DNA of 64,000 bases from Burkholderiales bacterium (GCA_050250695.1 JBFWOE010000002.1:2579-66578); one strand, 5' to 3'; positions 9,806 through 20,760 are shown, counted from the first letter of the stretch. The notes: generated by a model from the letters alone, not told the origin. Translations and numbers: made by a program.

Positions 9806-10227
9806 CAGTTTCGCGGTCGCGCGAGCAGCCCGACTTTCTGCACCTGGTTCTGCTGCAGCATGTCCATGACCTCCAGCACCGACTCGTAGCGCACGTCCTT
9901 GTCAGCCGCGATCACCACCGCCTGCTCCGGATTGCGTTTCTGCTTGTTGCGGATCGCGGCAAGCAATTCGTCGCGCGTCACCTTGCGCTCGGCCGCGCCC
10001 TGGTCGCGGTCGCGCAGCAACAGCAGCCCGGTCTTGTCGATCGAGACTTCCAGCGGCGCCACCGGCGGATTCGAAGTCTTGCCGACTGACGGCAGCTCGA
10101 CCTGCCCGGGGTTGATCAGCGGCGCAGTAACCATGAAAATCACCAGCAGCACCAGCATCACGTCGATGTAGGGCACGACGTTGATCTGGTTCATCAGCCT
10201 GCGGCCGCTGCGTTTTTCGATCAGCAT
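9805..10227 (-). CDS. tolR: Tol-Pal system protein TolR (ExbD/TolR family)
   Basis: INVVPYIDVMLVLLVIFMV motif, 140 aa, located between tolQ and tolA. Confidence 0.9.
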   Translation of the reverse strand: MLIEKRSGRRLMNQINVVPYIDVMLVLLVIFMVTAPLINPGQVELPSVGKTSNPPVAPLEVSIDKTGLLLLRDRDQGAAERKVTRDELLAAIRNKQKRNPEQAVVIAADKDVRYESVLEVMDMLQQNQVQKVGLLARPRN

Positions 10228-10236
10228 GCTGGATGC

Positions 10237-10920
10237 CTAATTCACCTGGCGCTGCAGGATGTTCGAGAATTCTTCGGTGAACGAATCAAAACGGATTGCC
10301 AGCCGGTTGACGTCGCCGGCAAAGCGGTTGTACGCCACCACCGCGGGGATCGCCGCGAACAGGCCGATGGCGGTGGCGATCAGCGCTTCGGCGATGCCCG
10401 GCGCGACGTGACCCAGCGTCGCCTGCGCGACATTCGCCAGCCCGCGGAAAGAGTTCATGATGCCCCACACCGTTCCCAGCAGCCCCACGTACGGGCTGAC
10501 CGAGCCCACCGAGGCCAGAAACGACAGCGAGGATTCGAGCTTGTCCATTTCGCGCTGGTAGGTCGCGCGCATGGCGCGCCGCGTGCTGTCCATCAGCGCG
10601 CCGACGTCGGTGCCCGGCTCGCGACGGTGTTTGGTGAATTCGCGGAATCCCGATTCAAAAATGCGTTCGAGGCTGCCGGCCGAATCGCGCGCGTTGACCG
10701 CGCGCTGGAACAGGTCGTTCAAGTCGGCACCGCTCCAGAACTGGCGCTCGAATTCCGCGGTCTGGGTGGCGGCACGGCGCAGCGTGAACACCTTGAGGAA
10801 AATGTAATACCAGGAAAACAGCGATGCCAGCAGCAGTATGGCCATCACCAGCTGCACCGGTACGCTGGCGCCGGTGATCAGGCTGAGCACCGACATGTCA
10901 TGCGTGAGTGTTGCGTTCAC
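10237..10920 (-). CDS. tolQ: Tol-Pal system protein TolQ (MotA/TolQ/ExbB channel)
   Basis: Three TM helices and the conserved GLLGTVWGIM and TAIGLF motifs. Confidence 0.9.
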   Translation of the reverse strand: MNATLTHDMSVLSLITGASVPVQLVMAILLLASLFSWYYIFLKVFTLRRAATQTAEFERQFWSGADLNDLFQRAVNARDSAGSLERIFESGFREFTKHRREPGTDVGALMDSTRRAMRATYQREMDKLESSLSFLASVGSVSPYVGLLGTVWGIMNSFRGLANVAQATLGHVAPGIAEALIATAIGLFAAIPAVVAYNRFAGDVNRLAIRFDSFTEEFSNILQRQVN

Positions 10921-11393
10921 TTTTCAGGTCCCGTTGTTATGCGCAATTCCCGGGGCATGCGGACCGGCCTGAAGGTGCCGGTGCTCACGCACACGACATC
11001 GACCACCGCCCGTACACGCTCCTCGTCCCCGTGCCGCACGCATTGCAGAAACCGGATGCGGCTGCCGCTGACGTTATCCACTTCCACGCTCACCTGCAAG
11101 CTGTCGTTGAAGCGCGACGGCCGCAGGAAATCTATCTGCACCGAGCGCACCACGAACAGCACGCGCAGGGTCTCCGCCATCACCGGCTGTTCGTACCCCT
11201 GCGCGCGCAGCCACTCGGTGCGGGCGCGTTCCATGAAACGCAGATAGTTGGCATAGAACACCACGCCGCCCGCATCGGTGTCCTCGTAATAAACGCGTAC
11301 CGGCCACAAAAAGGGTTCAGCGGCGGCCAGACCAGCCTTGCGGAGCACTTTCGAGGCAGCTGATATGCTCCGGGTATTTTTCAATTTTATCAA
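10917..11393 (-). CDS. ybgC: Tol-Pal-associated acyl-CoA thioesterase YbgC (4HBT hotdog fold)
   Basis: VYYEDTDAGGVVFYANYLRFMERART motif. 4-nt overlap with tolQ. The N-terminus may be shorter than the ORF. Confidence 0.8.
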   Translation of the reverse strand: MIKLKNTRSISAASKVLRKAGLAAAEPFLWPVRVYYEDTDAGGVVFYANYLRFMERARTEWLRAQGYEQPVMAETLRVLFVVRSVQIDFLRPSRFNDSLQVSVEVDNVSGSRIRFLQCVRHGDEERVRAVVDVVCVSTGTFRPVRMPRELRITTGPEK

Positions 11394-11472
11394 TTAAAAC
11401 AGATACTTGTGTTTATTCCGGGGGCGAGAACGCCAATGATGCGAGGCGCCACCACAAACCGTGAGGGCATCA

Positions 11473-12507
11473 CTATTGGTTCCAGAGATCGCCGGCGGCA
11501 CCCTGCGACGGCTGTGCCAGCCCGAAATGACGGTAGGCCAGCGCGGTGGCCACGCGCCCGCGCAGGGTGCGCTGCAGGTAGCCCTGCTGGATCAGGAAAG
11601 GTTCGAGCACATCCTCGATGGTGTCGCGCTCCTCGCCGATCGCCGCCGCGAGGTTCTCGACGCCGACCGGACCGCCAGCAAACTTGTCGATCACCGCGCG
11701 CAGCAGCTTGCGGTCCATGACATCGAGCCCGACCGCATCGACATCAAGCATTTTCAGTGCGGCATCAGCCACCTCGCGCGTGACATGCCCCCCTGCCCGT
11801 ACCTGGGCGTAATCGCGCACGCGGCGCAGCAGGCGGTTGGAAATGCGCGGCGTGCCGCGCGAGCGGCCGGCGACTTCGCGCGCGCCGTCGGCATCGATGC
11901 CGACCTCGAGCAGCCGCGCCGAACGCCCGACGATCCGCGTCAGTTCGTCCGCGGTATAGAACTCCAGACGCGCAACGATGCCGAAGCGGTCGCGCAGCGG
12001 ATTGGTCAGCATGCCGGCGCGGGTGGTCGCGCCCACCAGTGTGAACGGCGGCAGGTCGAGTTTGACGGAACGCGCCGCAGGACCTTCGCCGATCATGATG
12101 TCGATCTGGAAATCCTCCAGCGCGGGATAAAGAATCTCCTCAACCACCGGCGACAGGCGATGGATCTCGTCGATGAAAAGCACGTCGTTGGGCTCGAGGT
12201 TGGTCAGCATCGCCGCAAGATCGCCGGCGCGCTCGAGCACCGGGCCGGAGGTATGGCGCAGGTTGACGCCCATCTCCCGAGCAATGATGTGCGCCAGCGT
12301 GGTTTTGCCCAGCCCCGGCGGACCGAACAGCAGCACGTGGTCCAGCGCTTCCTTGCGCCGGCGCGCGGCCTCGATGAAGATCGACAGCTGGCCGCGGATT
12401 GTCTCCTGGCCGACATATTCGTCGAGCGCCTTTGGCCGCAGCGCGCGTTCGATCACCTCTTCCTGCGAAGAAGCCGCTGCGGAAATCAGGCGGTCGGTTT
12501 CAATCAT
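11473..12507 (-). CDS. ruvB: Holliday junction branch-migration helicase RuvB
   Basis: Walker [18 protein letters not shown] Walker B/sensor, full-length similarity to RuvB. Confidence 0.95.
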   Translation of the reverse strand: MIETDRLISAAASSQEEVIERALRPKALDEYVGQETIRGQLSIFIEAARRRKEALDHVLLFGPPGLGKTTLAHIIAREMGVNLRHTSGPVLERAGDLAAMLTNLEPNDVLFIDEIHRLSPVVEEILYPALEDFQIDIMIGEGPAARSVKLDLPPFTLVGATTRAGMLTNPLRDRFGIVARLEFYTADELTRIVGRSARLLEVGIDADGAREVAGRSRGTPRISNRLLRRVRDYAQVRAGGHVTREVADAALKMLDVDAVGLDVMDRKLLRAVIDKFAGGPVGVENLAAAIGEERDTIEDVLEPFLIQQGYLQRTLRGRVATALAYRHFGLAQPSQGAAGDLWNQ

Positions 12508-12520
12508 GAATTATGCGTGC

Positions 12521-13099
12521 TCATGCCTTGGACAGCAGTTTCAGGGCCTGGCGTATGCCTTCGGTCACCGACACCCCGGCCGCGAGCTGCGCCACCGCCC
12601 AGTGTACTTCCTTGTCATTGTAGCCAAGCGCGCTCAGGGCATTGACGACATCACTGCCGTTGCCCGTACCCGTCGGACCCGCCGGCAGTACGCCGGCCTT
12701 GGGCAGGCGGTCGCGCATTTCGAGCAGCAGGCGCTCGGCGGTTTTTTTGCCGATGCCGGGTATCCGTGTCAGGCGCGCGCCGTCCTGCGCACGCACGGCA
12801 TCGTGCAGTTCGGCCACCGACAGGCCCGACAGTACCGACAGCGCGGTGCGCGCCCCCACGCCGGAAATGCGGATCAGCTGGCGGAACATCGTGCGTTCCG
12901 CCTCGGTGGCAAAACCGAACAGCAGGTGCGCATCCTCGCGCACCACCAGGTGCGTGTAGAGCGTCACCTCCGCTCCGGTGGCCGGGAGCTGGTAGAGCGT
13001 GCTCATCGGCACATCGAGTTCGTAGCCGACGCCATTCACGTCCACCGTGATCTGCGGCGGCTGCTTGGTCGAAAGTCGTCCGGATATGCGCCCGATCAT
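12521..13099 (-). CDS. ruvA: Holliday junction DNA-binding protein RuvA
   Basis: MIGRISG... N-terminus, HhH motifs ([28 protein letters not shown]) and a C-terminal domain III. Confidence 0.9.
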   Translation of the reverse strand: MIGRISGRLSTKQPPQITVDVNGVGYELDVPMSTLYQLPATGAEVTLYTHLVVREDAHLLFGFATEAERTMFRQLIRISGVGARTALSVLSGLSVAELHDAVRAQDGARLTRIPGIGKKTAERLLLEMRDRLPKAGVLPAGPTGTGNGSDVVNALSALGYNDKEVHWAVAQLAAGVSVTEGIRQALKLLSKA

Positions 13100-14304
13100 T
13101 TCCTTCCTTTTTCCTGCGTTGCCGCCAGTGATTCAACCTGTGCAATCACCTGATCGATGATTGTATCAACGGAAGGCTTGCTATAACGGTCCGCGAACCC
13201 GCGTGCACGGTCGCGATACGCGGCATTCTCCAGCATGTCCGCCAGCAGATTCCGGATGTCTTCCGGATTACCGTCAGGGCGCAACAGTCCGCAGACGCCG
13301 ATACGCTGCAGGGCTGAGGCAAACAGAAAATTTTCCAGCTGCCGGGGCAGCACCAGTACGGGAACTCCCAGCCGCAGCGCCGCAAGCGTTGTGCCGGGGC
13401 CATGGGTCACGCACAAATCCGCCTCCCGGAACACCTGTTCAAGATCAACCCGTTCCGAAACGGCCACGGCGCCCAGCCCGGCATAACGCTGCAGCGCCGC
13501 GGCATTGGCGCCGCTGATGTAAGCGATAACACGCGCTCCGCCGGCAATCAGCGCGGCCATCGTGGTATCGCTGTGGGGATACTCGGCGCGCAGATAGACA
13601 AACACCCGCTTGCCGGTGCCCTCGGGCCAGACCGGCGATATGCCCCCGGCATCGACGCCAGCCAGCCCGAAGTATGTCGCCTCCGGCCGCTTGCCGTAGA
13701 CATCCGTTTCCGGAACACCGATGAAAAACCGGGAAGCGCCGGAAAAAATTTCGCTTATCCCGGTTATTGGAGCGGCCCCGGCTGGCAAAGCCGCATTGAT
13801 CACGGCCAGCACACGCGCATCGCTGTCGGCAAGCCGCGCGGCGGGAACATCGACCCATGGGCGCATATTCGGCGTCGGATGCACGTCTGGAGGTACCGAG
13901 AACGGCGTGCCGATCACCGCAGTCGGTATTCCCGAGAGCCGTGCCGCAATCAGCGCGGTCGGCGCATGATCCGCAATCAGCAGTTCGGCGCCGGTCACGT
14001 GGAGCAGGCTGCGCCATGCGGTGATCATCGCCTGCAGCATCGGCGGTTCGAGATAACCGTAACGCATCAGGATTTCGGCGAAATTCAGCGGCGGATCCTG
14101 CAGGCCGGAATAGGTGTTCAGGCACAGCGGCGCCTGATGCACCGTGATCGGCAGCCTGCCGACTGCATTGCAGGCACCGGCAATCTCCCGCGCGGCGACA
14201 TGCAATACGTGGCCGCGCTCCAGCAACTTCGGCGCAATGCTCAAAAAGGGACCGAGATGGCCAAAGCCGGCGCCCAGCTCCCAGGCAAGCAGTATGCGGC
14301 TCAA
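13096..14304 (-). CDS. GT-B fold glycosyltransferase (GT1/UDP-glycosyltransferase-MGT-like), acceptor unknown
   Basis: 402-aa frame starting at TTG 14304, with GGGAGG 5 nt upstream. The TTG overlaps the ruvC stop (TTGA), and the GT stop overlaps the ruvA ATG (ATGA, 13096-13099). It has the N-terminal [11 protein letters not shown] motif and a C-terminal nucleotide-sugar-binding motif [21 protein letters not shown]. The 610-aa ORF in the track is this gene plus a spurious upstream extension. Confidence 0.7.
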   Translation of the reverse strand: MSRILLAWELGAGFGHLGPFLSIAPKLLERGHVLHVAAREIAGACNAVGRLPITVHQAPLCLNTYSGLQDPPLNFAEILMRYGYLEPPMLQAMITAWRSLLHVTGAELLIADHAPTALIAARLSGIPTAVIGTPFSVPPDVHPTPNMRPWVDVPAARLADSDARVLAVINAALPAGAAPITGISEIFSGASRFFIGVPETDVYGKRPEATYFGLAGVDAGGISPVWPEGTGKRVFVYLRAEYPHSDTTMAALIAGGARVIAYISGANAAALQRYAGLGAVAVSERVDLEQVFREADLCVTHGPGTTLAALRLGVPVLVLPRQLENFLFASALQRIGVCGLLRPDGNPEDIRNLLADMLENAAYRDRARGFADRYSKPSVDTIIDQVIAQVESLAATQEKGRK

Positions 14305-14834
14305 CGCAGCCTCCCGCCGCGGCGACGGCGCCCGATGCCGATTCCGCCATATCCACGGCCACCGTGGGCATGGCAGATCGCACACGCCAGCGCATCGGCG
14401 GCATCGGGGCTGGGATCGCCGGGCAATTGCAGCAAACGCCGCACCATGGACTGCACCTGTTCCTTGCTCGCCTTGCCGGCGCCGACCACCGCCTGCTTCA
14501 CCTGCAGCGCGGTGTATTCGGACACCGGCAGCGCGCTGCCAACCGCCGCGCAGATCGCTGCGCCGCGGGCCTGGCCCAGCAACAAAGTGGATTTTGGATT
14601 GACGTTGACGAAGACCTGTTCCACGGCCACGCACTGCGGACGATACTCGGCGATCACTTCCTGCAAACCCTCGAGCAGCACCCTGATGCGTTCGGGCAGT
14701 TCGCCCTCGCCGCTGCGCACGCAACCGCTGGTGATGTAGGCCAGGTGCTGGCCGATCTGTTCGATGACGCCGAAACCGGTGACGCGCAGTCCGGGATCGA
14801 TGCCGAGGATACGCAGCGGGGTGACTGCGTTCAA
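14301..14834 (-). CDS. ruvC: crossover junction endodeoxyribonuclease RuvC
   Basis: [16 protein letters not shown] catalytic N-terminus and a C-terminal [12 protein letters not shown] motif. The apparent start is TTG, overlapping the yebC stop (TTGA). Confidence 0.9.
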   Translation of the reverse strand: MNAVTPLRILGIDPGLRVTGFGVIEQIGQHLAYITSGCVRSGEGELPERIRVLLEGLQEVIAEYRPQCVAVEQVFVNVNPKSTLLLGQARGAAICAAVGSALPVSEYTALQVKQAVVGAGKASKEQVQSMVRRLLQLPGDPSPDAADALACAICHAHGGRGYGGIGIGRRRRGGRLR

Positions 14835-15562
14835 GCGGGCTCGTCGAGGACCGCGGTGGTGTACACCTCCTGCACGTCGTCGACGGCCTCGAGCGCGTCC
14901 AGGAGTTTGTGCATGCGCACGGCATCATCGCCGGTAAGCGCGTTTTCGGTGGTCGGTTTCATCGTCACTTCCGCCAGTTCCGGCTTGAATCCGGCTTTTT
15001 CCAGCGCCGCGCGCACTGCGGAAAATTCTGCCGGCCCGGTCAACACCTCGATGCTGCCGTCTTCATGCGTTTCGACATCCTCGGCGCCTGCCTCGATGGC
15101 GGCTTCCATCAGCTTGTCCTCGTCGGTGCCGGGCGCAAACACCATCTGCCCGCAATGCCTGAACAGGAACGCCACCGAACCGTCGGTGCCGAGGTTGCCG
15201 CCGTGCTTGGTGAAGGCATGGCGCACGTCGGCCACGGTGCGGGTGCGGTTGTCGGTCATGCAGTCGACCATCACCGCAGCGCCGGCTATGCCATACCCTT
15301 CGTAACGGATTTCCTCGTAGTTCACGCCTTCCAGGTCGCCTGTACCGCGCTTGATCGCGCGTTCGACGTTGTCCTTGGGCATGTTGTTGTCGTAGGCCTT
15401 GTCCATCGCCAGCCGCAACCGCGGGTTGCTGCCGGGATCGCCGCCGCCCATGCGCGCCGCAACCGTGATCTCCTTGATCAGGCGGGTGAAAATCTTGCCG
15501 CGCTTGGCATCCTGCCGGCCCTTGCGGTGCTGGATGTTCGCCCACTTGGAATGTCCGGCCAT
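14831..15562 (-). CDS. yebC: YebC/PmpR family DNA-binding transcriptional regulator
   Basis: [26 protein letters not shown] signature N-terminus, 243 aa, classic position upstream of ruvC. Confidence 0.9.
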   Translation of the reverse strand: MAGHSKWANIQHRKGRQDAKRGKIFTRLIKEITVAARMGGGDPGSNPRLRLAMDKAYDNNMPKDNVERAIKRGTGDLEGVNYEEIRYEGYGIAGAAVMVDCMTDNRTRTVADVRHAFTKHGGNLGTDGSVAFLFRHCGQMVFAPGTDEDKLMEAAIEAGAEDVETHEDGSIEVLTGPAEFSAVRAALEKAGFKPELAEVTMKPTTENALTGDDAVRMHKLLDALEAVDDVQEVYTTAVLDEPA

Positions 15563-15635
15563 GACTCCCGATATCCTGCTTTGATAACCCGTTAGAATTG
15601 ATGAAATTTTATCATAGCGATTTCAGGAACCCGCC

Positions 15636-17144
15636 ATGGCCGCACCGCTGCTCGTCGCCAAATCCGACCGCGAACTTCACCTGCTCCCGGGCCTCGCCAA
15701 CCGCCACGGGCTGATTGCCGGAGCCACAGGCACCGGCAAGACGGTGACCCTGCAGCGCATCGCCGAAGGTTTCTCGAAAATCGGCGTGCCGGTGTTCATG
15801 GCTGACGTCAAGGGCGACCTCGCGGGACTGTCGCAAAAGGGCGAACCCAAGCCAAAAATCGAAGAGCGCATCAAACAACTGGGGGTGACGGATTTTGTCT
15901 ACGAGCCCTGCCCGGTGGTGTTCTGGGACACCTTCGGCAGCCAGGGCCACCCGGTGCGTACCACGATCTCCGAAATGGGTCCTCTGCTGCTGGCACGACT
16001 GCTCAACCTCAACGACACCCAGCAGGGCGTGCTGACGCTGGTGTTCAAGATCGCCGACGACAACGGGCTGCTGCTGCTCGACCTGAAGGACTTGCGCGCG
16101 ATGCTGCAGTTCACCGGCGAAAATGCCAAACAGTTCACCACCCGCTACGGCAACGTTTCCGCGGCGTCGATCGGCGCCATCCAGCGCGGGCTGCTGGAAA
16201 TCGAGCAGCAGGGCGGCGAGGGGTTTTTCGCCGAACCGGCGCTGAACATCCACGACCTGATGCAGACCGATGCCCGGGGCCGCGGTGTCATCAACATTCT
16301 CGCAGCCGACAGGCTGATGAATTCGCCCAAGCTCTACGGGACGTTTTTGCTGTGGCTGCTGTCCGAACTGTTCGAACAGCTGCCGGAAGTCGGCGACCCG
16401 GAAAAACCCAGGCTGGTGTTTTTCTTCGACGAAGCGCATTTGCTGTTCAGCGACGCGCCGCCGGCGCTGCTCGAAAAAATCGAGCAGGTGGTCAGGCTGA
16501 TCCGCTCCAAGGGCGTCGGCGTGTTTTTTGTCACGCAGAACCCGCTGGACATTCCCGAGACCGTGCTCGGCCAGCTCGGCAACCGCGTGCAGCATGCCCT
16601 GCGCGCGTTCACGCCGCGTGACCAGAAGGCGGTCAAGAGCGCGGCAACGACGCTGCGCGCCAACCCGAAGCTCGACGTCGAGACGGCAATCACCGAACTC
16701 GGGGTCGGCGAGGCGCTGGTGTCGCTGCTTGATGAAAAGGGGCGGCCCGGCATCGTCGAGCGGGCGCTCGTGCTGCCGCCGGGCAGCCGCCTGGGACCGG
16801 TCACGCCCGAAGAACGCGCCGCGACCATCAAGGCATCCCTGCTCGCCGGAACCTATGACCAGGTTGATGATCGCGAGTCCGCCTATGAAAAACTGGCGCA
16901 GCGTGTGCAGGAGCAACCCTCAACCCGGCAACCGGGCACCGCCGCCCCCCAAGGCGGATCCGGCGGCATGTTCGGCGCGCTGGGCGATCTGCTCGGCGGT
17001 TCGACCGGACCCCGCGGCGGGCGCCGCGAAGGCGTCGTTGAAATGGCTGCAAAAAGCGCGGCACGAGCCATCGGTTCGCAGGTCGGCCGCGAAATCTTCC
17101 GCGGCGTGCTCGGCTCGATACTCGGCAGCAAGCGCCGGCGCTAG
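15636..17144 (+). CDS. DUF853 / YjgR-family HerA-like P-loop ATPase
   Basis: [17 protein letters not shown] Walker [12 protein letters not shown] Walker B and a Gly-rich basic C-terminal tail. Confidence 0.8.
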   Translation: MAAPLLVAKSDRELHLLPGLANRHGLIAGATGTGKTVTLQRIAEGFSKIGVPVFMADVKGDLAGLSQKGEPKPKIEERIKQLGVTDFVYEPCPVVFWDTFGSQGHPVRTTISEMGPLLLARLLNLNDTQQGVLTLVFKIADDNGLLLLDLKDLRAMLQFTGENAKQFTTRYGNVSAASIGAIQRGLLEIEQQGGEGFFAEPALNIHDLMQTDARGRGVINILAADRLMNSPKLYGTFLLWLLSELFEQLPEVGDPEKPRLVFFFDEAHLLFSDAPPALLEKIEQVVRLIRSKGVGVFFVTQNPLDIPETVLGQLGNRVQHALRAFTPRDQKAVKSAATTLRANPKLDVETAITELGVGEALVSLLDEKGRPGIVERALVLPPGSRLGPVTPEERAATIKASLLAGTYDQVDDRESAYEKLAQRVQEQPSTRQPGTAAPQGGSGGMFGALGDLLGGSTGPRGGRREGVVEMAAKSAARAIGSQVGREIFRGVLGSILGSKRRR

Positions 17145-18058
17145 TGTCAGCCGAAGCGGACCGCCGCAGCGCCCGTATCGGCATCGTCTGCGTCCTGGTC
17201 AGCGCGGTGGCCTTCTCTGGCAAGCCGGTGCTGGTCAAGGCAGCCTACCAGTACGGCGTCGACACCACGACCCTGCTGGCGTTGCGCATGCTTTTTGCGG
17301 CGCCGCTGTTCGTGCTGATGGCGTGGTGGGCCGGCCGTCCGGCTGTCGCGCTCAGTATCCGGGAAATCCTCGCCATCACGGCGCTGGGCTTTCTCGGGTA
17401 TTACCTGGGAAGTTTCCTCGACCTCGCGGGGCTACAGTACATTTCGGCGGGTTTCGGCCGGCTGATCCTCTACCTGTACCCGACACTGGTACTGCTGATG
17501 TCTGCAGTCTTCCTGAAACTGCCGCTACGTGGCATCCAGCTTGTTTCCCTGGCGTTGTCATACGCCGGCATCGCGCTGGTATTCAGCGCCGAGGCGCGGC
17601 TGGGTGATGACCTGGGGCTGACCGTGCTCGGCGCGGCCCTGGTATTCGGCAGCGCGGTCACCTATGCCGCCTACCTGGTGGCGGGCAGCCGGCTGGTGCA
17701 CCGCCTCGGTTCGATGCGTTTTTCCGCATACGCATCGCTGATCGCCACCGGATTCGTGATGGCGCATTTCTTCGCGATCCGTCCGGTGCGGGCGCTGGTG
17801 GTCAACAGTGAGGCTTATGCTCTGGTGGCAGTGCTCGCGGTGTTTTCCACGGTATTGCCATTATGGCTGATGGCCGAAGGCCTGAGACGCGTCGGCGCCA
17901 ACCAGGCGTCGCTGGTCGGTTGCATCGGGCCGCTGGCGACCATGGCGTTCGCTTGGGCGTTCCTGGGGGAGGCCGTGACGCCGGCCCAGCTGGCCGGCGC
18001 GGCGCTGGTGCTGGCCGGCGTGCTGCTCATCAGCCTGAAACCTGCTGCGGCAGGCTGA
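17144..18058 (+). CDS. DMT superfamily (EamA-like) transporter
   Basis: GTG start sharing one nucleotide with the upstream stop (TAGTG). About ten hydrophobic helices in two EamA-type halves. Confidence 0.8.
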   Translation: MSAEADRRSARIGIVCVLVSAVAFSGKPVLVKAAYQYGVDTTTLLALRMLFAAPLFVLMAWWAGRPAVALSIREILAITALGFLGYYLGSFLDLAGLQYISAGFGRLILYLYPTLVLLMSAVFLKLPLRGIQLVSLALSYAGIALVFSAEARLGDDLGLTVLGAALVFGSAVTYAAYLVAGSRLVHRLGSMRFSAYASLIATGFVMAHFFAIRPVRALVVNSEAYALVAVLAVFSTVLPLWLMAEGLRRVGANQASLVGCIGPLATMAFAWAFLGEAVTPAQLAGAALVLAGVLLISLKPAAAG

Positions 18059-18075
18059 GCCGCCGCGTTGGTGCA

Positions 18076-18861
18076 TCAGCGGCCGGCGGCGACGTTGGGA
18101 CCTTCGCAGCGCTGGGCGAATCTGATGCCCGGCGGCAGCGATTCGGCACAGGCCAGCAGCGGCTCGACATGCGAGTGGCGGTACTTGCGGGCGAATTCGC
18201 GCGCGGTGCTGCCCATGTGCACCCGCACCAGCGGATCGGCTCCGGCGCGCAGCAGCATGCGCACGATTTCGCGATGCCCCTGGATGGCCGCCATCATCAG
18301 CGGCGTATTGATGTAGATGACGCGATTCTCGGCATCGGCATCCAGCCGCGCGCCGCGCTCAATCAGGTAACGCAAAGCCCGCTGCCGGTTGTTGTAGGCC
18401 GCGTAGGCCAGCGGCGTGTAGTTATGCGGATCGTTTTCGATCTGGGCGCCGGCTTCGACCAGGATGCGCAAGGTTTCGTCGTGGCGGTCCGCCGACGACG
18501 ACTCGCTGTCGCCCTCGCGGAAATACGCCGCGAGCATCAAGGGTGTTTCGTTGACCGGGGTACGTGCGTTGAGGTCGGCGCCCGCGGAAATGAGGTAGCG
18601 CACCACCTGCACCGATCCGGCGCGGGCAGCCAGCGCCAGCAGCGGCGCTCCTGCCGAATAGCCCGGCGCGGGAATGCGCTGGTTCGGGCTGAGGCCGCGG
18701 CTGACCGCGCTCCTTACGGCACCGGCATCGTCGATAGCGACCGCATTGAGCAGTTCATCCGAATCGCCAGCGGAGTGCCTGCCGCCCATGCTGCCGCAGC
18801 CGGCGAGCAGCGCCACTGAAAGGGTGATTAAGAACAGGCGTAAACCTTCAGTTTCGCGCAT
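18076..18861 (-). CDS. ankyrin-repeat lipoprotein
   Basis: Start placed at ATG 18861 (GAGGAG 7 nt upstream). Lipobox LLAGC. Several ankyrin-like units (e.g. ETPLMLAAYF..., NTPLMMAAIQGHREIVRMLLRAGADP). Confidence 0.75.
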   Translation of the reverse strand: MRETEGLRLFLITLSVALLAGCGSMGGRHSAGDSDELLNAVAIDDAGAVRSAVSRGLSPNQRIPAPGYSAGAPLLALAARAGSVQVVRYLISAGADLNARTPVNETPLMLAAYFREGDSESSSADRHDETLRILVEAGAQIENDPHNYTPLAYAAYNNRQRALRYLIERGARLDADAENRVIYINTPLMMAAIQGHREIVRMLLRAGADPLVRVHMGSTAREFARKYRHSHVEPLLACAESLPPGIRFAQRCEGPNVAAGR

Positions 18862-18916
18862 GATCTGCCTCCTCGCCACTGTTGATCGCACAGAGTATAG
18901 CCTCGATCGGGGGAGT

Positions 18917-18946
18917 AAAAAAAGTACCGGCCCGGGTTGCGGGCCG
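18917..18946 (-). terminator. rho-independent terminator after ychF
   Basis: On the minus strand, CGGCCC-GCAACCC-GGGCCG is followed by GTACTTTTTTTAC. Confidence 0.5.
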
Positions 18947-18962
18947 CTCCGGCGCGACGCTG

Positions 18963-20057
18963 TCAGACGTTGAAACGGAAATGCATCACGTCGCCATCCT
19001 TGACGACGTAATCCTTGCCCTCCAGACGCATCTTTCCGGCTTCCTTGGCGCCCTGCTCGCCCTTGCCGGCCACGAAATCGTCATAGGCAATCACTTCGGC
19101 ACGAATGAAGCCTTTCTCGAAATCGGTGTGGATCGCCGCGGCCGCACGCGGTGCGGTATCACCGCGATGGATGGTCCACGCCCGGACTTCCTTCACGCCG
19201 GCCGTGAAGTAGGTCTGCAACCCGAGCAGCGTGTACCCCGCGCTGATGACGCGGTTGAGTCCGGGTTCCTGCATGCCCATGTCCTGCAAGAATATCGCCT
19301 TGTCGGCATCATCCATGTCGGCGATTTCGGCCTCGATCGCGGCGCATACCGCGACGACCGGCGCCTTTTCACTGGTTCCGAGCGCCTGCACTGCGGCAAG
19401 ATGGGGATTGTCGCTGAAACCGCCCTCGCGCACATTGGCGACATACATGGTCGGCTTGGCGGTGATCAGGCACAACGGCTTCAACAACTCGAGTTCCTCG
19501 GTGTAGAGATCGAGTGCGCGCACCGGTTTCGCCTCGTTCAGCGCAGCCTGGCATTTCTCCAGTACAGCGACCAGCCGGGCGGCCTCCTTGTCGCCGCCGG
19601 CACGGGCCAGCTTGGCGGATTTTGCGAGGTGGCGTTCGACTGCAGCCAGATCGGACAGTGCCAACTCGGTATTGATGGTTTCAATGTCGTCCAGCGGATC
19701 GATTTTCCCGGCAACGTGCACGACGTTATCATCCTCGAAACAGCGCACCACGTGCGCAATGGCATCGGTCTCACGGATGTTGGCGAGAAACTGGTTGCCC
19801 AGCCCTTCGCCCTTGGACGCTCCGGCAACCAGGCCGGCAATGTCGACGAACTCGACCACGGCCGGCACCACCTTCTCCGGCTTGACAATCGCGGCAAGCG
19901 CCGCCAGCCGGGGATCCGGCACCTCGACGATGCCGACGTTGGGCTCGATTGTGCAGAAAGGATAGTTCTCCGCCGCGATCCCGGCCTTGGTCAGCGCATT
20001 GAACAGGGTGGATTTGCCGACATTTGGCAGGCCGACGATGCCGCACTTCAGGGACAT
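18963..20057 (-). CDS. ychF: redox-regulated ribosome-binding ATPase YchF
   Basis: [19 protein letters not shown]-loop and a C-terminal TGS domain ([11 protein letters not shown]), 364 aa. Confidence 0.95.
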   Translation of the reverse strand: MSLKCGIVGLPNVGKSTLFNALTKAGIAAENYPFCTIEPNVGIVEVPDPRLAALAAIVKPEKVVPAVVEFVDIAGLVAGASKGEGLGNQFLANIRETDAIAHVVRCFEDDNVVHVAGKIDPLDDIETINTELALSDLAAVERHLAKSAKLARAGGDKEAARLVAVLEKCQAALNEAKPVRALDLYTEELELLKPLCLITAKPTMYVANVREGGFSDNPHLAAVQALGTSEKAPVVAVCAAIEAEIADMDDADKAIFLQDMGMQEPGLNRVISAGYTLLGLQTYFTAGVKEVRAWTIHRGDTAPRAAAAIHTDFEKGFIRAEVIAYDDFVAGKGEQGAKEAGKMRLEGKDYVVKDGDVMHFRFNV

Positions 20058-20079
20058 GATTGAACCTTGAGATTAAAAA

Positions 20080-20694
20080 TTATGGCTTGGCGAGCGCGTT
20101 CGGACGCGGCTTGTCGCCGGGTTTGGTATGCAGGCGCAGCATCGCCGCCTCCATGTCGGAGGCCGCTATCAGCGGCCAGACGTCATAACCGCGTTCGAGC
20201 GCTTCATCGATGGCCCGCTGCTCCTCGGCGCGTGGCGCATGCAGCACGTAATCGACCACCTCCTGCTCGCTGGCTGCATGTTCACGGGGATGGCCTATGC
20301 CGATACGCAGCCGCCAGAACTCCTGTGTGCCCAGCCGCGAAATCACGCTGCGCACGCCGTTGCCCGAGCCGCTGCCGCCAAACTTGAGCTTGATGCCGCC
20401 CGGCGGCAGATCAAGTTCATCGTGCACGATCAGGATGTCCTCGGGTGCAATCTTGTAGAAATCCGCCAGTGCGCCGACCGCACGGCCCGATTCGTTCATG
20501 TAGGTCGCCGGTTTCAGCAGCCAGACGTCTCCGGCAGCCGTCGCAATCCTCGCCACTTCACCGTGAAAGCGCGCCTCGTGACGGCAGACCACACCCGCTG
20601 CACGGGCGAGACCGTCGATCCACCAGAAGCCCGCGTTATGACGCGTGGCTTCGTATTTCTTGCCCGGGTTTCCCAGGCCGACGACTAGTTTCAT
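20080..20694 (-). CDS. pth: peptidyl-tRNA hydrolase
   Basis: MKLVVGLGNPGKKYEATRHNAGF N-terminus and the HDELDL motif. Confidence 0.9.
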   Translation of the reverse strand: MKLVVGLGNPGKKYEATRHNAGFWWIDGLARAAGVVCRHEARFHGEVARIATAAGDVWLLKPATYMNESGRAVGALADFYKIAPEDILIVHDELDLPPGGIKLKFGGSGSGNGVRSVISRLGTQEFWRLRIGIGHPREHAASEQEVVDYVLHAPRAEEQRAIDEALERGYDVWPLIAASDMEAAMLRLHTKPGDKPRPNALAKP

Positions 20695-20760
20695 GATGGT
20701 TGCTCAGTGCCGTGTCCGAGCGGACAAACCGCTGCGTCAACGGGTTCCCGTTTTATCAGG

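Noticed and set aside
14305-14928. N-terminal 208 residues of the 610-aa ORF 13096-14928, which would make a giant glycosyltransferase fusion.
   Set aside because: This stretch overlaps ruvC (and the yebC 3' end) in another frame on the same strand, and it is Arg/Pro-rich nonsense. The glycosyltransferase homology begins exactly at the TTG with a Shine-Dalgarno sequence at 14304.
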